From Ostreococcus lucimarinus (lineage: Eukaryota): a stretch of DNA of 64,000 nt. The stretch lies in the NCBI GenBank assembly GCA_000092065.1, contig CP000592.1, one strand, 5' to 3'. The notes beneath the pieces were generated by a model. The model did not search any database and was not told the DNA's origin. It saw only the letters and a list, made by a program, of their open reading frames with translations. The position numbers were made by a program, and so were the translations under genes. Below, piece after piece: positions 1 to 10,764 of this stretch; the first letter of the stretch is position 1; each line of letters begins with the position of its first letter.

Positions 1-223
1 TGCGAGATTTAAAGCGAACGCATCAGTCAGTCACGAGTTCGCGCGCCGCGTCAACGCGTCGTCATCCTCATTGCGATCCTTTGAGCGCGCATCGTTCGTC
101 GTCACCGCGCGTCGCCCTCGTTCAAAGACGTCCCGCGCGCGCGCCGCGCCGCGCCTAGGGCTTGGTCCTCCGTCCCGCCGTCGCCCGCGCCTTCGTCCGA
201 GCTTCACCGTCGATCGCACGCAC

Positions 224-629
224 CTGTTCGAACAACACTTGGTTATTGGCCTTCTCCTTCATCTTCCCCTTGGACCATTTCTATCGTTCGCGAACACGAT
301 TCGTCGTCGTCGTCAGTCCTCCGTCCTCGCGTCGATCGCCCGCGCGCGCCCCGCGCCATCGTCGCGCCGCGCGCGTCGCCCTCGATCGCGCTCGATCGAG
401 CGCGACGCCGGTCCCGGACGCATTAAAATCCCACCGCCGTCCGTTCGCCCGCCGATCGCCGCGCCGGCGCGTCCGCGCCGACGCCCCGCGACGCGCGCGT
501 CCCGTTCGTCTTTAGGGTCTCCGCGGATCGCGCCTCGCCGTCGCGCGCGCGCACCTTGGCCTTCTTCTTCCCGCCGGCCATGGCCTTGGCGGCCTTGGCG
601 GCCTTCGATTCGGGGGCTTTAGGCGGCAT
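224..629 (-). CDS. RPS25: 40S ribosomal protein S25 (eS25), 5' part only. Exon 1 is 629..555 and exon 2 is 280..224. Further exons lie beyond the window start.
   Basis: A real ATG (revcomp of cat at 627-629) opens [25 protein letters not shown], followed by a GTGCGCGCG donor. The second exon encodes [19 protein letters not shown], which matches the conserved eS25 core KKWSKGK..K.NN.VLFD. A GTGCGTGCG donor at 223. The expected next motif ATYDKL is not present in 1..221, so the gene continues off-window. Confidence 0.55.
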
Positions 630-881
630 GTCTTCGCTCTACGTCCGTCGTGCGCGCGCGCGTGGGAAAGGCGGTTCGCGCGCGTCGCGCCTCGCCCGCG
701 AGGCCGGCGCGGCCGATGGTTCGTGTTTGGTCTCGCGATCCGTCGATCGCGCGCGCGACGCTCGATCGTCGCCGCGTCGATCGCGCGCGGCGCGTCGACC
801 TCGACGCGTCGATCGATCGACCGCATCGTCGATCGATCGACGACCCGCGCGTCGGTCGACGCGGCGTCGGCACCGCGCGAC

Positions 882-911
<30 letters not shown>
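630..911. promoter_or_regulatory. Divergent (bidirectional) promoter region between RPS25 (-) and the cysteine protease (+)
   Basis: Head-to-head start codons at 629 and 912. Inferred only from gene arrangement; I did not identify a specific motif. Confidence 0.2.
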
Positions 912-912
<1 letters not shown>

Positions 913-2246
913 TGGACGACGATCGCGGACGACGCGGGCGAGGACGACGACGACGACGAGGCGGCGTGCGAGGCGGTGACGCGCTGCGCGCGCTCGGCCT
1001 CGGGCTCGGACTCGTCGCGACGGGGGCGCGCGCGGCGCGACGCGCGGGCGCGTTTGAAACGACCGAAACGACCTCGACGATGGCCGATGCGTTTTGGACG
1101 GTGGCGACGAACGCGATCGAACGCGCGTGGGCGCCGAGAACGCAGAGCGCGACGGTGACGCCGCGCGATGCGTTCGGCGCGGCACGGGCGACGGCGACGG
1201 CGCGAGAGGTCGGTGAGGCGGACGCGGCGACGCTCGCGCGTCGGTTTGAGCGCTGGTGCGTCGAACACGGAGTGGAGGAATATCTGCGAGACGGAGAGGA
1301 GTACGCGAAGCGATTGGCGATTTTCGTGGAGAACGCGGCGTTTGTGGTGGAGCACAACGCCAAGTACGTTTTGGGAGAGATTTCGCATTGGGTGGCGTTG
1401 AACGCCCTCGCGGCGACGACGCGGGAGGAGTTCAAGCGCATGCTCGGGTACAAGCCCGAGTTGCGCGACGCGACGCAAACCGTCGGAGCCACGCGCGATG
1501 CGGACGAATACAAGGCGAACTGGAAGTATGCCAGCGTCGAGCCACTGGAAAACGTCGATTGGGTCGAACGCGGCGCCGTGACGGCGCCGAAGAACCAAGG
1601 ACAGTGCGGCTCGTGCTGGGCGTTTTCGACGACGGGCGCGATCGAGGGCATCAATCAAATTCGTACTGGCAGGCTCGTGTCGCTCTCTGAACAAGAGCTC
1701 GTGTCGTGTTCGACCCAGAACATGGCGTGCAACGGTGGACTCATGGATAACGCGTTCAAATGGGTGCAAAAGAACGGCGGAATTGACTCTGAATTTCAGT
1801 ACCCTTACGCCGCGGAGAAGCTCTCGTGCAACAAATTCAAGCTTCAACTCCACGTCGCCACCATCGACGGGTTCGAGGACGTACCTCCGGGAGATGAGAA
1901 AGAGCTCGAGAAAGCTGTGTCGCAACAACCTGTTAGCATCGCCATCGAGGCCGACACAAAAGCGTTTATGCTCTACCAAGGCGGCGTTTTCGATTCCAAA
2001 GAGTGCGGTTCTCAAGTCGATCACGGCGTTCTCGTCGTCGGTTACGGCTACGACGATCATCCCAACGCAACGGAAGCGACGCACCATCACCACAAAAACC
2101 ACCACAGGCACTTCTGGAAAGTCAAGAACTCGTGGGGCAATCAGTGGGGCGAAGGTGGTTTCATTCGCATGGCTCGACGAATCAGCGCTGAAACGGGTCA
2201 GTGCGGAATCACGACGGCACCATCCTTCCCGACGAAGAGCGCGTGA
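912..2246 (+). CDS. Papain-family (C1A) cysteine protease, cathepsin L-like, with an I29 propeptide
   Basis: Active-site motif [18 protein letters not shown]. Propeptide ERFNIN-like stretch [32 protein letters not shown] and [15 protein letters not shown] with the catalytic His and Asn. Signal-like N-terminus [19 protein letters not shown] after the ATG at 912. The ORF track's start at 723 runs through GC-rich low-complexity sequence. Confidence 0.85.
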
Positions 2247-2789
2247 TTTCTACTTTACAAAGACGATACGATTTTCATACTTGTACGATACGATTCTGTA
2301 AACTAAAACGATACCATACGTCGATGTTGTGATACAATTACGCTTTGATTCTTGCAAATTTCCTTCTAGGTTGTTCTATTTCCTTAGCTCGTAACGCCTA
2401 CAGTTCGTCAAATCGTCAGTCAAGCTGGTGAGATCGGTGCGTGATTTCTCCCAGCACATTCGCGGCACACGCGCGAGGAAGCTCAGAAGGATCCATTGGT
2501 ATTTACTAGTTTCACCGAGCTTGCTCTCACCGTAGTAGTGCGAAAACGAGCGCAATCATCATCGCTTCCTCGCGTTGGATCGATCTCAACGACGACGATG
2601 ACGACGACATCAGGAAAGGCTCAGTCCTATCGATCGTTTATCATGGGTAATCAGGATTAGCATGATTATAAGTCATCATCGCCTCTGTTCCGTCTTCGTC
2701 GTCCTCGTCGTCGCCGTCGAGCGATCGTCGCGTCTTCAATCTCCACACGCACCTCTCGTCGTCCCATGCGCCCCCTTTGCGTTCGATCA

Positions 2790-3170
2790 TCACTCATCTA
2801 AAAAGTCCATTCGTTTCAAGATGTCTCCCTTCATCGCCTCCGCGGTCTGATCCGCCTCCCTCGCCCGTATGATCTCCGCGTTGTCCACCTCAATCAACCC
2901 TTCCGTGCCGTCCAAGTCCCCGTTCGCCCCGACGTCGCCCATGAGCACGACGTTCTCGCCTCGCACGATGTACAATCCGAGTGGGATATCGCTGAACATC
3001 TTTCCGACGATGATGCGCTCGACCGCGCTCTCGAGGACGATGTTTGCGAATTGGTCGAACGATCGCAGCGTGCCGATGATGTTCGAGCCGTCGCGCAGCG
3101 CGACGAGCAGGCGCTTGTCCAGGTTCTCCACCAGGCTCGCCACCGCGCTGAGATGCCACGTGTCCGTCAT
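2790..3170 (-). CDS. LSM1: Sm-like protein LSm1 (cytoplasmic Lsm1-7 ring subunit, mRNA decay)
   Basis: SLVENLDKRLLVALRDGSNIIGTLRSFDQFANIVLESAVERIIVGKMFSDIPLGLYIVRGENVVLMG is near-colinear with the human LSm1 Sm fold (LIEDIDKKHLVLLRDGRTLIGFLRSIDQFANLVLHQTVERIHVGKKYGDIPRGIFVVRGENVVLLG). Real ATG at 3168-3170. Confidence 0.85.
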   Translation of the reverse strand: MTDTWHLSAVASLVENLDKRLLVALRDGSNIIGTLRSFDQFANIVLESAVERIIVGKMFSDIPLGLYIVRGENVVLMGDVGANGDLDGTEGLIEVDNAEIIRAREADQTAEAMKGDILKRMDFLDE

Positions 3171-3266
3171 CGCGCGGCTCGTGCGCGCGGTCGCGAGGGA
3201 CGCGAGACGGAGCGCGAGATGCGTCGCGCGCGCGGGAGTGCGGCGCGACAGTGTCGCGCGCGCGTC

Positions 3267-3405
3267 ATGGACGACGCGCGACGGGGCGAGAACGAGGTCG
3301 AGGCGGGGACGAGGACGACGGTCGAGTACGATGACGCGTCGGACGGGGAGTCGTTCGGCGCGTTCGCGACGCCCGCGCGCGCGTTCGCGGATGGGACGAC
3401 GGAAA

Positions 3406-3448
<43 letters not shown>

Positions 3449-3992
3449 TTTCGGGGATTTCGCGACGCCGGCGACGACGATGAAAACGGTCACGACGCCG
3501 GTGATGCGTGACGAACCGCCGCCGACGCCGCCGCCGACGACGACGACGGGCGGTGGGGAGTTTGATTTGATTGCTTTGACGAACGAAGGCGAGTTCGCCG
3601 AGGCGGCGCGGCGGTTGTTGAAGAGAGGGAAGGCTCGATCGACGAACGACGGCGCCGAAAAGGAGTCGTTCGGCGGGTTAGGTACGGCAGCGGTCGTAGG
3701 CGATGGACGGTTCACGAAGGAGGCGTTCGATCGCTTTAGAGACAACGTCAAACGCGAGGCGAGCGCGGAGGCGTCTGCGTCCGAGGAGGACGAGGAAGAG
3801 ACGTCCGTGGATGACGCAGCACCGAGAGAAATCTTGGCAGAGTTTGATTTGATTTCTCTCGAGTCAGCACCGAAAGTCGCCGAGTCGACTCCGAGTATGG
3901 ATCCGTTCGCTGGATTTGGCGACATCGCCGTGGAGTCTCCATCGCCACCGCAAAACGCCGACAATGACGATGAATTTGGCGATTTTGTATAG
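3267..3992 (+). CDS. Acidic, intrinsically disordered protein carrying repeated short linear motifs (FGDF x2, FGAF, DPF, EFDLI[AS]L x2). Function unknown.
   Basis: An ORF from the ATG at 3267 contains poly-Asp from (GAC)n at 3408-3447, a PPPTPPPTTTT stretch, and a C-terminal DDEFGDFV. No globular domain recognised. The motifs resemble those of endocytic or adaptor-binding IDPs. Confidence 0.4.
3408..3447 (+). repeat. (GAC)n trinucleotide microsatellite in coding sequence (poly-Asp)
   Basis: gacgacgacgac... seen directly in the sequence. Confidence 0.7.
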
Positions 3993-4024
3993 ACATTAGA
4001 GCTGTTGTATGCTATAGTAGTGGA

Positions 4025-7000
4025 TTAGACTTTGACTGAGCGCAGCGCGAGAAGTTCATTGAGACACGTGGTATGCGCTTCCGTGAGATTCAACACTTCT
4101 CTTTCAACATTTGAGATGTCTTTTTTAATCTCTCGCAGCTCACGCGCATTCTCCAGCTCTTGTACCTTGAGCTTGTCGCGTAAATCTTCTGTGCCTTGAC
4201 CATTATTCACAACCTTGTCTAAATCTTCCAGAACGATGAGCTTTCCAAACTTTCGGATCTGAGTCTCAGAGTATTTGCGTTGCAGACTCTGAAATTCTTT
4301 CGCCTTAGCGGAACGTTGCGCGATGAGCGAGGAGTGCTCTCGCTTTAACTCCTGCTGCTGACGTTTCAATTTTAAGACTTCTGCATCCCACTCTACGACT
4401 TTATTCTCAAGTTCTGCTAAGCGAGTCTTGGAGAAAATAATCATGTCGTCCATGTCGCCTTGACTCGTCTCGACGCAGCTCACCGGCAACACGAATGCAG
4501 TCCTGAGCCCGTTCAAACTTTGCTGCTTTACCTTCTCAAAAGCATCCGCATCTCTCTCGAGTACCCGTACGTTTTCCTCCAAACTTCGCAACTTTTTCAG
4601 TGCGGCATCGTGAATCTTTTTCTTCCCATCCAATGCCCGTTGTATTTCAGTTATTGCGTCCATGGCTTCGATTCTTTGCAAACGAAGATCGCACACGCGC
4701 TCGTAGACAGCACTGTCGCAACCTTTTGGGCAAGTGTCGCCATTTTCTTCGTCTGACGACGAATAGTACGAATCATCGTCAAAATCAGAGTCTAAGTCGG
4801 AATCGGAGTCACCTTTGTCGCTCTTTTGTTCGGTTTTATTGACGACGCGTTTGTGGAAAACTTTGAGCAATGCCGCTCGCGGGACGCCTGGAATCATGAA
4901 TTTGTCAAATGTCGCCTCGATTTCCGCTTTTACTCCGTTCTGCCCCTCTAATTTGGTCTGTTGATCGTTTACGGCCGTCTGGGCATTTTCTACCGCCGCA
5001 CGAGCGGTTTCGACCTCTTCCTTTGCTTGCCGTTGAGCATTTTGCATTTCGGTGTTCTTCACGTCATATTCAGGCATGACGCTCAGCTCGCGATGCACTA
5101 CAATACGAAAAAGTTCAATGACTTTACTTCGCGCGATGATATCTGCTTTTAGATGGCATAGCGAGATAAGATCTTCATCGGTGACAGCGTCCTTCGCATC
5201 GATGCAATCAAACTCTCGATTGAACCGGCTCTGGTTGCCGCGTAGTTGACCATCGACATATCTCAATTCGGAAAGTTTACCCTCCGTCGTTAATTTGTCT
5301 TCAGGTGGTACACGTGAATCCGGAACGCAACGCAATGGAAACCCATCGCCAAGATTGTCGCGTTTCAACGCTTCGCTGTCGTCTGTTTGGTCTTTCAAAG
5401 GCTCTGCCTTCTCCAATTTTCTCAACTCTTCGTTCCTCCGTAATCTTTCGAAGCGCCGTCGAGCCTCTGAACTCATTTCAGAGCCTTCGATGCTCTGTCT
5501 TTCGTGCGCATTTTCACTTATGCAAGTATTTTGCACATGAACGACACGCATCTCTTGTTCGCATTCATGAACTGTCGCCTCTGCGACCGTAGTTGTCTGC
5601 CAATCACCCTCGCTTCCAGCGCGCAACGCAAAAGATGAGCACGTCAAAGCTTCGCTAGATGAATGAATCATACGAGGAAGGGCCATTATTTTGTCGTAAT
5701 AACTTTTTTGCAGTTGATTTGAGACAGATTCAGCACACATAACTGAGCTTTGAAGCTTGTCGTGAGTCGCTTTTAACCAGTGTACTGAATCCTCGCGAAT
5801 TCGGCGCATTTGTGTATCGTCTACGAGAAGTTCTGCGCCAGAGATTCGCATCTCTCGAGGAAGTTTTGCATTTTCTTCAATGATGACATTGAATTCATCT
5901 CGACAGAGCGCCACCAAGCTCGAGAGTCGTATAAGTGCTGCCGCTTCTTCCTCGCTCAATTCCTTCGCGCGTTCTCGCTGCAGTACCTCTTCGATGGACG
6001 CGCACTGTGCGGAGAGTGTGTCGATCGCTTCGACTTCTGGATAGATGCACAGCGCCTCGTCGATTGAAGAGTGTGTGTTTGATGGAGAAGCATCGCTTAA
6101 CGCGTGTACTTCAAAAGATCCCGATTTACAGATTTTAACGCAGTAAGAATTATCATACGTTATCGCGCTGAAAGATTCATCAACGGCGTTCTTGGTTTCT
6201 ACATCGGTGGTAATACGAGGAGTGACATCGATTTCGTACGAATCTTTACGAGACTCACCCAAGTCACGATGGACGGCAAAGCAGTGCATCTCGTCCTCGA
6301 TTTGAGCACCAAAAATACTTTCACCATCCCAAAATATCTTCTTCGGGCGAGCACTCAGGCGTATGAAACCAATTGGCTCAAATTGCAACGTCGATGCGAA
6401 GGAAGATGAACTGAAAATAAACACAGTATTATTAGCAGCAGCGATTGCCAAATACTCACCATCAGAACTCCATGTGAACTGCTCGACGGCATGCGCGTGT
6501 GGCTTGAGCGCGAGAGCCAAGCGCCAAGAGGACGTGTTTCTCACGAGAACGCGAACGACACCATCGGCAAATCCAACGACGATACATCTCCCATCTTCAT
6601 TGACATTCAAAGGTACGTTAGTAAGTGCCGTCGCCGAACAGCTGAACCGACTTTTGTAGAGAAACGCACGGGATAAATAATCATAGCAGTGCACTTCTCC
6701 GATATTGTCGCAAGTGATCAAGTGAGTACTGTTCAGCGAAGTCTCGCATGCAGTGATGACACCACTGTGCGCAGAAACAACAGGACGCTCCATATCATCA
6801 TCGTCCAAAGAACACACTAACCCTCGCCCGCTGTCTTGAATGAATAACTTATTTTCAAGCGCGCAAATGTGGCGGATATTGGCTCCATCGATTGAGCGCT
6901 CTGAGATGGGTTTCATACAAACCACCCCTTTGCTTTGCGACGATATGACGCGACGAATCTCGTCAATATTCCATTCTCGAACCCACCCATCATCGCCCGC

Positions 7001-7798
7001 CGTGAGAATCACTGAACCGTTGTTGATATAAATCATCGTCTCGATCGAACCGCCGTGGCAGTCTTCATCGTCGCTCGACGCGTTTGCTCGCATTATTTTG
7101 TACTGAACGCGCCCATCGACCCAGATTAGTAGAGCGCCATACTCTGTGCTCGTCAAAATCATATCATTAAAGGGTAACTCCAACACGCACGTGATATTGG
7201 ACAGAGGTTCGCCGTTGAACTTTCCAAGAGTACCTTGTAACTTCAATCCAGTAAACGTCTTGACCATCTGCCAAAACTGAATGTGACCAGCGCCGTGAGT
7301 GATCATTCGCTCCGAGTTAGCGCCTAGGAAGGATAAGTCAAACACTTCTTGTCCATACGCTTTGGCACGAAGGACTGTCTTTGCTGTCTTCCAGTCCCAC
7401 AAAGTGAGCCAATAGTCTGGGAGCCCACTCACGCTCGCGAGAAGCTGTCCGTCTGGAGAAAATTTTCCAGTCGAGTAACACGCCGCGGCGCCGCCGTGAA
7501 TCGTGTTTACGAGCTCAAGTGAAGGGTAACTATATATTGATATTCGGGGCGCCGCACCATTCTCGCCGATCGCAATGTGCGTGCCATCTCCATCCACGGC
7601 GACCAAGCCGATATTGCCCCCCTCCGCGCTCCGCAGGTACGTCTGCCTTTGTGTTTTCACGTCTCGCAAGGTCAAGAGATTTCCAACAGTGTACGCCACG
7701 ACTGAATCGCGTACTCGAGTCAAGTTGCCCCGTCGCTTGAAATCAAATCCAAAGCTGCACGCCAGGCAACCATGCTCGAGAGACTTATTTTTAGCCAT
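4025..7798 (-). CDS. N-terminal WD40 beta-propeller protein with a C-terminal coiled coil of about 600 aa. Likely an axonemal cilia/flagella-associated protein (CFAP57/WDR65-like).
   Basis: A 1257-aa uninterrupted ORF from a real ATG (7796-7798). WD-repeat signatures in the first ~650 aa. The C-terminus is heptad-rich and charged (EELRKLEKAEPLKDQ..., LKRQQQELKREHSSLIAQRSAKAKEFQSLQRK...). Size and architecture match CFAP57. Family assignment is tentative. Confidence 0.55.
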   Translation of the reverse strand: MAKNKSLEHGCLACSFGFDFKRRGNLTRVRDSVVAYTVGNLLTLRDVKTQRQTYLRSAEGGNIGLVAVDGDGTHIAIGENGAAPRISIYSYPSLELVNTIHGGAAACYSTGKFSPDGQLLASVSGLPDYWLTLWDWKTAKTVLRAKAYGQEVFDLSFLGANSERMITHGAGHIQFWQMVKTFTGLKLQGTLGKFNGEPLSNITCVLELPFNDMILTSTEYGALLIWVDGRVQYKIMRANASSDDEDCHGGSIETMIYINNGSVILTAGDDGWVREWNIDEIRRVISSQSKGVVCMKPISERSIDGANIRHICALENKLFIQDSGRGLVCSLDDDDMERPVVSAHSGVITACETSLNSTHLITCDNIGEVHCYDYLSRAFLYKSRFSCSATALTNVPLNVNEDGRCIVVGFADGVVRVLVRNTSSWRLALALKPHAHAVEQFTWSSDGEYLAIAAANNTVFIFSSSSFASTLQFEPIGFIRLSARPKKIFWDGESIFGAQIEDEMHCFAVHRDLGESRKDSYEIDVTPRITTDVETKNAVDESFSAITYDNSYCVKICKSGSFEVHALSDASPSNTHSSIDEALCIYPEVEAIDTLSAQCASIEEVLQRERAKELSEEEAAALIRLSSLVALCRDEFNVIIEENAKLPREMRISGAELLVDDTQMRRIREDSVHWLKATHDKLQSSVMCAESVSNQLQKSYYDKIMALPRMIHSSSEALTCSSFALRAGSEGDWQTTTVAEATVHECEQEMRVVHVQNTCISENAHERQSIEGSEMSSEARRRFERLRRNEELRKLEKAEPLKDQTDDSEALKRDNLGDGFPLRCVPDSRVPPEDKLTTEGKLSELRYVDGQLRGNQSRFNREFDCIDAKDAVTDEDLISLCHLKADIIARSKVIELFRIVVHRELSVMPEYDVKNTEMQNAQRQAKEEVETARAAVENAQTAVNDQQTKLEGQNGVKAEIEATFDKFMIPGVPRAALLKVFHKRVVNKTEQKSDKGDSDSDLDSDFDDDSYYSSSDEENGDTCPKGCDSAVYERVCDLRLQRIEAMDAITEIQRALDGKKKIHDAALKKLRSLEENVRVLERDADAFEKVKQQSLNGLRTAFVLPVSCVETSQGDMDDMIIFSKTRLAELENKVVEWDAEVLKLKRQQQELKREHSSLIAQRSAKAKEFQSLQRKYSETQIRKFGKLIVLEDLDKVVNNGQGTEDLRDKLKVQELENARELREIKKDISNVEREVLNLTEAHTTCLNELLALRSVKV

Positions 7799-7987
7799 AA
7801 CTTGAGAGGTGCGAGCAAACTCTGTTCAAGACTCACACGGGGCGATGCGATCCGTACGCGCGCGTGAGTGTATCGTGTGTGCGCGCGCGCGTTTGCTGTC
7901 ACTACTTCTTTTGCGCCACGTACGGCGTCGTCGAGTGCAGAATCATTTATGCTTGTATTACAAAATAACCGACGTCGGCTCGGGCGC

Positions 7988-9223
7988 TCACTTCCCCGAC
8001 ATTTCTGCGTTCAATTCAGCAAGCTTTTCTTCTTGTTCCAAAGCCTGCATGCCCCCGATCGCACCCTTGATGTCGCCGTCTAAGAAATTTTGAAGAGAGA
8101 AGTTAGCGCCGATGCGATGGTCCGACACGCGGCTATCTTTCCAGTTGTACGTTCTAATTTTTTCCGACCGAGACCCCGAGCCGACTTGCGATTTACGCTT
8201 GTCCGATACCGCTTTGCGCTGCTCTTCGAGCTGCAACTCAAATAATTTCGCGCGAAGAATTTGCATGGCACGAATGCGATTCTTCATTTGTGTACGTTCT
8301 TCCGTGCAGAACACGCGAATGCCGGTCGGCTTGTGCATCAGGTCGATAGCGGTTTCGACTTTGTTGACGTTTTGCCCACCCGCACCGCCGCTTCTGGCGG
8401 TGGAAATATCGAGGTCATTGTCGTCAATCTTCACCTCGACTTCGTCGACTTCAGGCATCACCGCGACCGTGGCCGTGGAAGTTTGAATGCGTCCTTGAGT
8501 TTCCGTCGCCGGCACGCGCTGCACGCGATGCACACCGGCTTCCCACTTGAGACTGCTGTACACGTCGTCGCCCTTTATCTCCACGACGATTTCCTTATAC
8601 CCGCCGGCGTCCGCCGGGTTGTTCGTCACGACCGACGTTTGCCATCCCTCGCGCTCGGCGAATCGCATATACATTCGATATAAATCCCCAGCCCAAATAC
8701 CAGCCTCATCCCCGCCAGTACCGGCGCGAATCTCGAGCATGATGTTCTTCTCGTCGAGCGGGTCCTTCGGCAGCAGCGCCAACGTCATGGTCTCCACCAG
8801 CGCATCACTCTCCGTCGTCAGCGCATCGATCTCTTCCTTCGCCATCGCCACCATCTCATCATCCCCAGCCGCATCCTTCGCCATCGCGCGCGCCTCGCTA
8901 ATCTCTTTCATGCACTCCTTGTACCGCGCGTACTGCTCCACCACGCTCGTCAGCTCCCCGAGCGCCTTGCTCAGCTTTTGAAACTCCTTCGGATCGCCCG
9001 TCACGCTCGGATCCGCCATGCGCTCGCTGATCTCGCCGTGCGTCCGCGTCGTCGCCTCGAGTTTTTGCACCAGAAACTCCGGAATGTCCACCGCGCGCGT
9101 TCGCACCCCTCGCCGCGTCGTCGTCGTCCCGCGCGCCGGCGCTCGTCCACCGTCCCGAGCGTTTTTCGCGCGCGCGTTCGCGCGCGACGCCGCGTTCGTC
9201 GCCGGCGACGCGCGCGCCATCAT
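7988..9223 (-). CDS. prfA: Organellar peptide chain release factor 1 (RF1/PrfA-type) with an N-terminal transit peptide
   Basis: GGQ motif [25 protein letters not shown]. The RF1-specific PxT tripeptide is present in [27 protein letters not shown]-terminus [19 protein letters not shown]. Start set at ATG 9221-9223 (MMARAS...), because the ORF track's 5' extension is low-complexity with no ATG. The 8898..10112(-) ORF in another frame is spurious. Confidence 0.8.
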   Translation of the reverse strand: MMARASPATNAASRANARAKNARDGGRAPARGTTTTRRGVRTRAVDIPEFLVQKLEATTRTHGEISERMADPSVTGDPKEFQKLSKALGELTSVVEQYARYKECMKEISEARAMAKDAAGDDEMVAMAKEEIDALTTESDALVETMTLALLPKDPLDEKNIMLEIRAGTGGDEAGIWAGDLYRMYMRFAEREGWQTSVVTNNPADAGGYKEIVVEIKGDDVYSSLKWEAGVHRVQRVPATETQGRIQTSTATVAVMPEVDEVEVKIDDNDLDISTARSGGAGGQNVNKVETAIDLMHKPTGIRVFCTEERTQMKNRIRAMQILRAKLFELQLEEQRKAVSDKRKSQVGSGSRSEKIRTYNWKDSRVSDHRIGANFSLQNFLDGDIKGAIGGMQALEQEEKLAELNAEMSGK

Positions 9224-9557
9224 GTCGTCCGCGCGTCGTCGCGCGTTCGATCGAGCGAGCGATCGATCGCGCGCGCGCGTCCGCGAGTGTCGCGGCGCCG
9301 TCGCCCGACGCGCCCTGAGCGCCAAAACCCCGAGCCGTCGCCGTCCCCGACGCGCGCCGTCCTCGAACCCGAGGTCGGGTTCGGGCGATTCGGACGATTC
9401 GGACGGTTGGTTTCGGGCGCGCCGGTGGTTGATGGTTGACCGCGCGCGCGACGCGCGAGAGGACCGCGCGCGGACGACGACGACGGACGCGACGACGACG
9501 CGCGACGACGACGCGAGAAACGACGACGACCGACGGTAAAAGCGCGCGATCGACGAC

Positions 9558-10658
9558 ATGACGCCCGCGGTGACGCGCGAGGACGCGCGCGAGAAAGTCC
9601 CCACGGTGTCGCTCGAACTGTACGCGAAAGATTTCGAAAAGTTTGTCCACGACCTGGGAGAGGCGTACGAGCGATACGGATTCGTCATCTTGGAAAATCA
9701 TGGGATCGATCTGGAACTCATCGAACGCGCGATGGAACGCTCGAAGGCGTTCTTTGCGTGCGATGAGGAATGTAAGAAGAAGTACACGCTGCGCGGGTTG
9801 GGCGGCGCGCGCGGGTACACGGCGTTCGGAGTGGAGACGGCGAAGGGAGCGAACGCGCCTGGTGCGTGAAGGCGATGCGAAAAGTGATACTTTTTTGTTT
9901 TGATGCGTCGCGCTATAGCGCGTGTGATGGATTCGACGACGCGATTCGTTTGACTGACGCGAAGGATAACGTCGCCTCTCGCGCGCGCAGATTTGAAAGA
10001 GTTTTGGCACCTCGGGCGAGACTTGCCGGCGGGCCATAAGTACGAGTCGACGATGCCGCCGAATGTGGATGACGTGGTGGAAGTCGAAGGGTTTAGCGAA
10101 GTGAATAAGCAAATCTTCAACGCTCTAGATGAGCTCGGGAATTGCGTGCTCGAGGCGCTGGCGGTGCATCTGGAACAACCGCGCGAGTATTTCGCAGATA
10201 AGACGAACGAAGGCAACAGTATTTTGCGTATCATTCACTATCCACCAATTCCGCCTGATGCTGCGGGGCGCGTGCGCGCTGGTGCGCACGAGGATATCAA
10301 TCTCATCACGCTCCTGCTCGGCGCCGACGAGGGTGGTTTGCAACTCTTGGGAAAGGATGGAGAGTGGCTCGAAGTCAACCCGCCTCCCGGATGCGTGACG
10401 TGCAACATCGGTGACATGCTGCAACGCCTGTCGAATCACAAGCTTCCTTCGACGACGCACCGTGTCGTGAATCCTCCCGCGGAACGGGCGCACATTCCTC
10501 GATATTCCATGCCATTCTTTTTACATCCAAATCCAGACTTCGTCATCAAAACGCTGGAGTCGTGCATTTCGGATCAGTATCCCAATCGCTATCCAGAGCC
10601 CATTAGCTCTGATGAATACTTGCAGCAACGCCTTCGAGAGATTAAACTCAAATCATGA
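9558..10658 (+). CDS. 2-oxoglutarate/Fe(II)-dependent dioxygenase (DIOX_N + 2OG-FeII_Oxy). Two exons: 9558..9861 and 9991..10658. Intron 9862..9990.
   Basis: Exon 1 is the N-terminal non-haem dioxygenase region ([37 protein letters not shown]). Exon 2 carries the HxD...H facial triad ([12 protein letters not shown] ... HRVVNP) and RIIHYPP. The intron has a G|GTGCGTG donor and a cgcgcag| acceptor. Phase 1 is maintained across the junction (...[10 protein letters not shown]). Confidence 0.75.
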
Positions 10659-10764
10659 GTCCAAACGGATACATTTAGCACGCTGAACGATGCACATAGA
10701 AATAATAGCGCTACGACAAAATTTCATTTTGTAATGATGATGGTACATTGATCACACATTATCA

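Noticed and set aside
512-2111. Long minus-strand ORFs (512..1654, 639..2111, 619..1185) overlapping the cysteine-protease gene
   Set aside because: They are Arg/Ala/Ser-rich low-complexity translations lying antisense to a well-supported gene. GC-rich DNA has few stop codons, so this is expected by chance. No domain recognised.
2247-2789. AT-rich 540-bp gap with short direct repeats (acgatacgatt...) checked for tRNA/snRNA
   Set aside because: No tRNA-like acceptor or T-arm (GGTTCGA.TCC) structure, and no box motifs. Most simply the convergent 3' UTRs of the protease and LSM1 genes.
8898-10112. 404-aa minus-strand ORF overlapping RF1 and the 2OG-oxygenase gene
   Set aside because: Different frame from the real RF1 gene, low complexity (RRRR, GARG runs), and it spans the oxygenase exon 1 on the opposite strand.
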